From: Gemmatimonadales bacterium | Lineage (GTDB): Bacteria > Gemmatimonadota > Gemmatimonadetes > Gemmatimonadales > GWC2-71-9 | Length of the DNA stretch: 16,159 nt | Direction: 5' to 3' | Assembly (NCBI GenBank): GCA_039794085.1 | Contig: JBDIWC010000072.1 | Span: forward strand, 1 to 16,159 | In this document: piece after piece, positions 15,227 through 16,159 of the stretch | Position numbering within the stretch: the stretch's first letter is position 1 | How the letters are laid out: every line of letters starts with the position of its first letter | Made by a program: the position numbers and the translations under genes | Notes under the pieces: model-generated | Told to the model about the DNA's origin: nothing | Database searches by the model: none | What the model saw: the letters and a program-made list of their open reading frames with translations, nothing else

Positions 15227-15297
15227 GAAGTTCGAAGTTCGAAGTTCGAAGGGCGAAGGTCGCAGCCCCGTTCACTGTTCATTGTTCACTGTTCATT
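15227..15297. repeat. Two adjacent heptamer tracts (GAAGTTC-like x5; GTTCAYT x4)
   Basis: 15227-15261 has GAAGTTC x3, GAAGGGC, GAAGGTC. 15270-15297 reads GTTCACT GTTCATT GTTCACT GTTCATT. Confidence 0.85.
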
Positions 15298-15686
15298 GAT
15301 ACGACCTCGAAGCCCATCGCCCGCGCCACACCCGCCTGCCGCACGTCGTACGTGGCAAGGCGCACCGCGAGTCCCCGGGTCCGCAGAAATACCATTGACG
15401 CGAGGTGAAGGGCGTCGAGAGTTCGCACCGGGAGCGGGAAGGGCTCCGTGGCCCGGGCCAGCACCGGCGGCACCAGTTCCACCAGCGCCAGCCGGGAGAG
15501 CCACGCGCGCACCGCATCGCCGTGCGTTCCTGCGACCCCCCGTGCGTGAATCCGGGTCCAGCACTCGTACACCAGGAGACGGCTCGCAATGAGGGGCTCC
15601 GTCTCCGCCTCCCAGAATGCCGCAGCAGGCTTCCGGTCCTCGGCCAGAAGCTCGGCCAGGAGGACGGAGGTGTCGAGGTAGATCAC
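15279..15686 (-). CDS. vapC: PIN-domain toxin VapC
   Basis: 135 aa with MIYLDTSVLL, VRTLDALHLAS and LATYDVRQ PIN motifs. Confidence 0.92.
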   Translation of the reverse strand: MIYLDTSVLLAELLAEDRKPAAAFWEAETEPLIASRLLVYECWTRIHARGVAGTHGDAVRAWLSRLALVELVPPVLARATEPFPLPVRTLDALHLASMVFLRTRGLAVRLATYDVRQAGVARAMGFEVVSMNSEQ

Positions 15687-15982
15687 CGGGCGTCCCGATC
15701 GTTCCGTAGTTCCTCGATCAGATCGGCGAGGGGGACCACGGGACGGGTCTCAGGCACCGCAAGGGCCTGCCTGGGAAGGGTCACGACACCCTCTCCCACT
15801 AACGCGGCAAGAGGATCGGGGAGAGTCCCGGTCCTGGACCCCGTCACCCCCAAGGCCTCGATTCCGCGACGCAGAATCTCCGACCGGGACACACCCAGCT
15901 CCCGAGCCAGCCGATCGAGCTCGGCGCGCTCGCCTCCCGTGAGGTAGGTCTGAATGGGCTCTCGAACCCGGTCTTCCACCAT
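15683..15982 (-). CDS. vapB: RHH/CopG-family antitoxin (VapB)
   Basis: PIQTYLTGGERAELDRLARELGVSRSEILRRGIEAL fits the RHH pattern. There is a 4-nt overlap with vapC, and TGcTATCAT-6nt-ATG lies upstream. Confidence 0.85.
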   Translation of the reverse strand: MVEDRVREPIQTYLTGGERAELDRLARELGVSRSEILRRGIEALGVTGSRTGTLPDPLAALVGEGVVTLPRQALAVPETRPVVPLADLIEELRNDRDAR

Positions 15983-16037
15983 GGTATTATGATAGCAGTT
16001 TCTAAATTTGGCAATATGATAGGAAGTTCGAGGTTCG

Positions 16038-16159
16038 GGTTCTTCTCCAATTTAGGTGCAGGATCGGCCCGGGAACGCCTGCTTGACCCTGGGGGCGAAG
16101 TAGTCCGGATGGTGGAATCCGTCCGCTTTGCGCGTGATCGCCTGGATGCGGGTGTTCAC
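16038..16159 (-). mobile_element. Right end of an ISL3-family element with (probably decayed) transposase C-terminus
   Basis: Minus frame 16052-16159 reads VNTRIQAITRKADGFHHPDYFAPRVKQAFPGRSCT*, resembling the ISL3 C-terminal NNKIKVIKRxAYGFxxxxYFxLKIxQAF pattern. It is followed by a GGTTCTTC terminus at 16038 like ISL3 inverted-repeat ends. Confidence 0.65.

Overview
High-GC bacterial window. The left 10.6 kb holds a type I-G (formerly I-U) CRISPR-Cas locus on the minus strand: cas7(csb1)-cas5/6(csb2)-cas3-short cas8g-like gene, then an oppositely oriented vapBC toxin-antitoxin pair, then cas4/cas1 fusion-cas2-leader-CRISPR array. The array has 36-bp repeats and is cut by the window edge. The right 5.2 kb is a string of small accessory modules: a frameshifted hypothetical gene, an orphan antitoxin with a broken vapC, a SEC-C protein, a nucleotidyltransferase pair, a second intact vapBC, and the end of an ISL3-like element. 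Their junctions carry heptameric tandem repeats. Three non-coding signals stand out. (1) Upstream of cas7 is a split, circularly permuted CRISPR-repeat-like element whose two half-repeats can pair around a 39-nt spacer-like segment. (2) The same TGTCAC-N10-(-10 box) architecture, resembling WYL/PafBC-activated promoters, precedes both cas operons. (3) Heptamer tracts supply the stop codon of four separate accessory modules. All protein assignments come from motif recognition by eye, with no database search.
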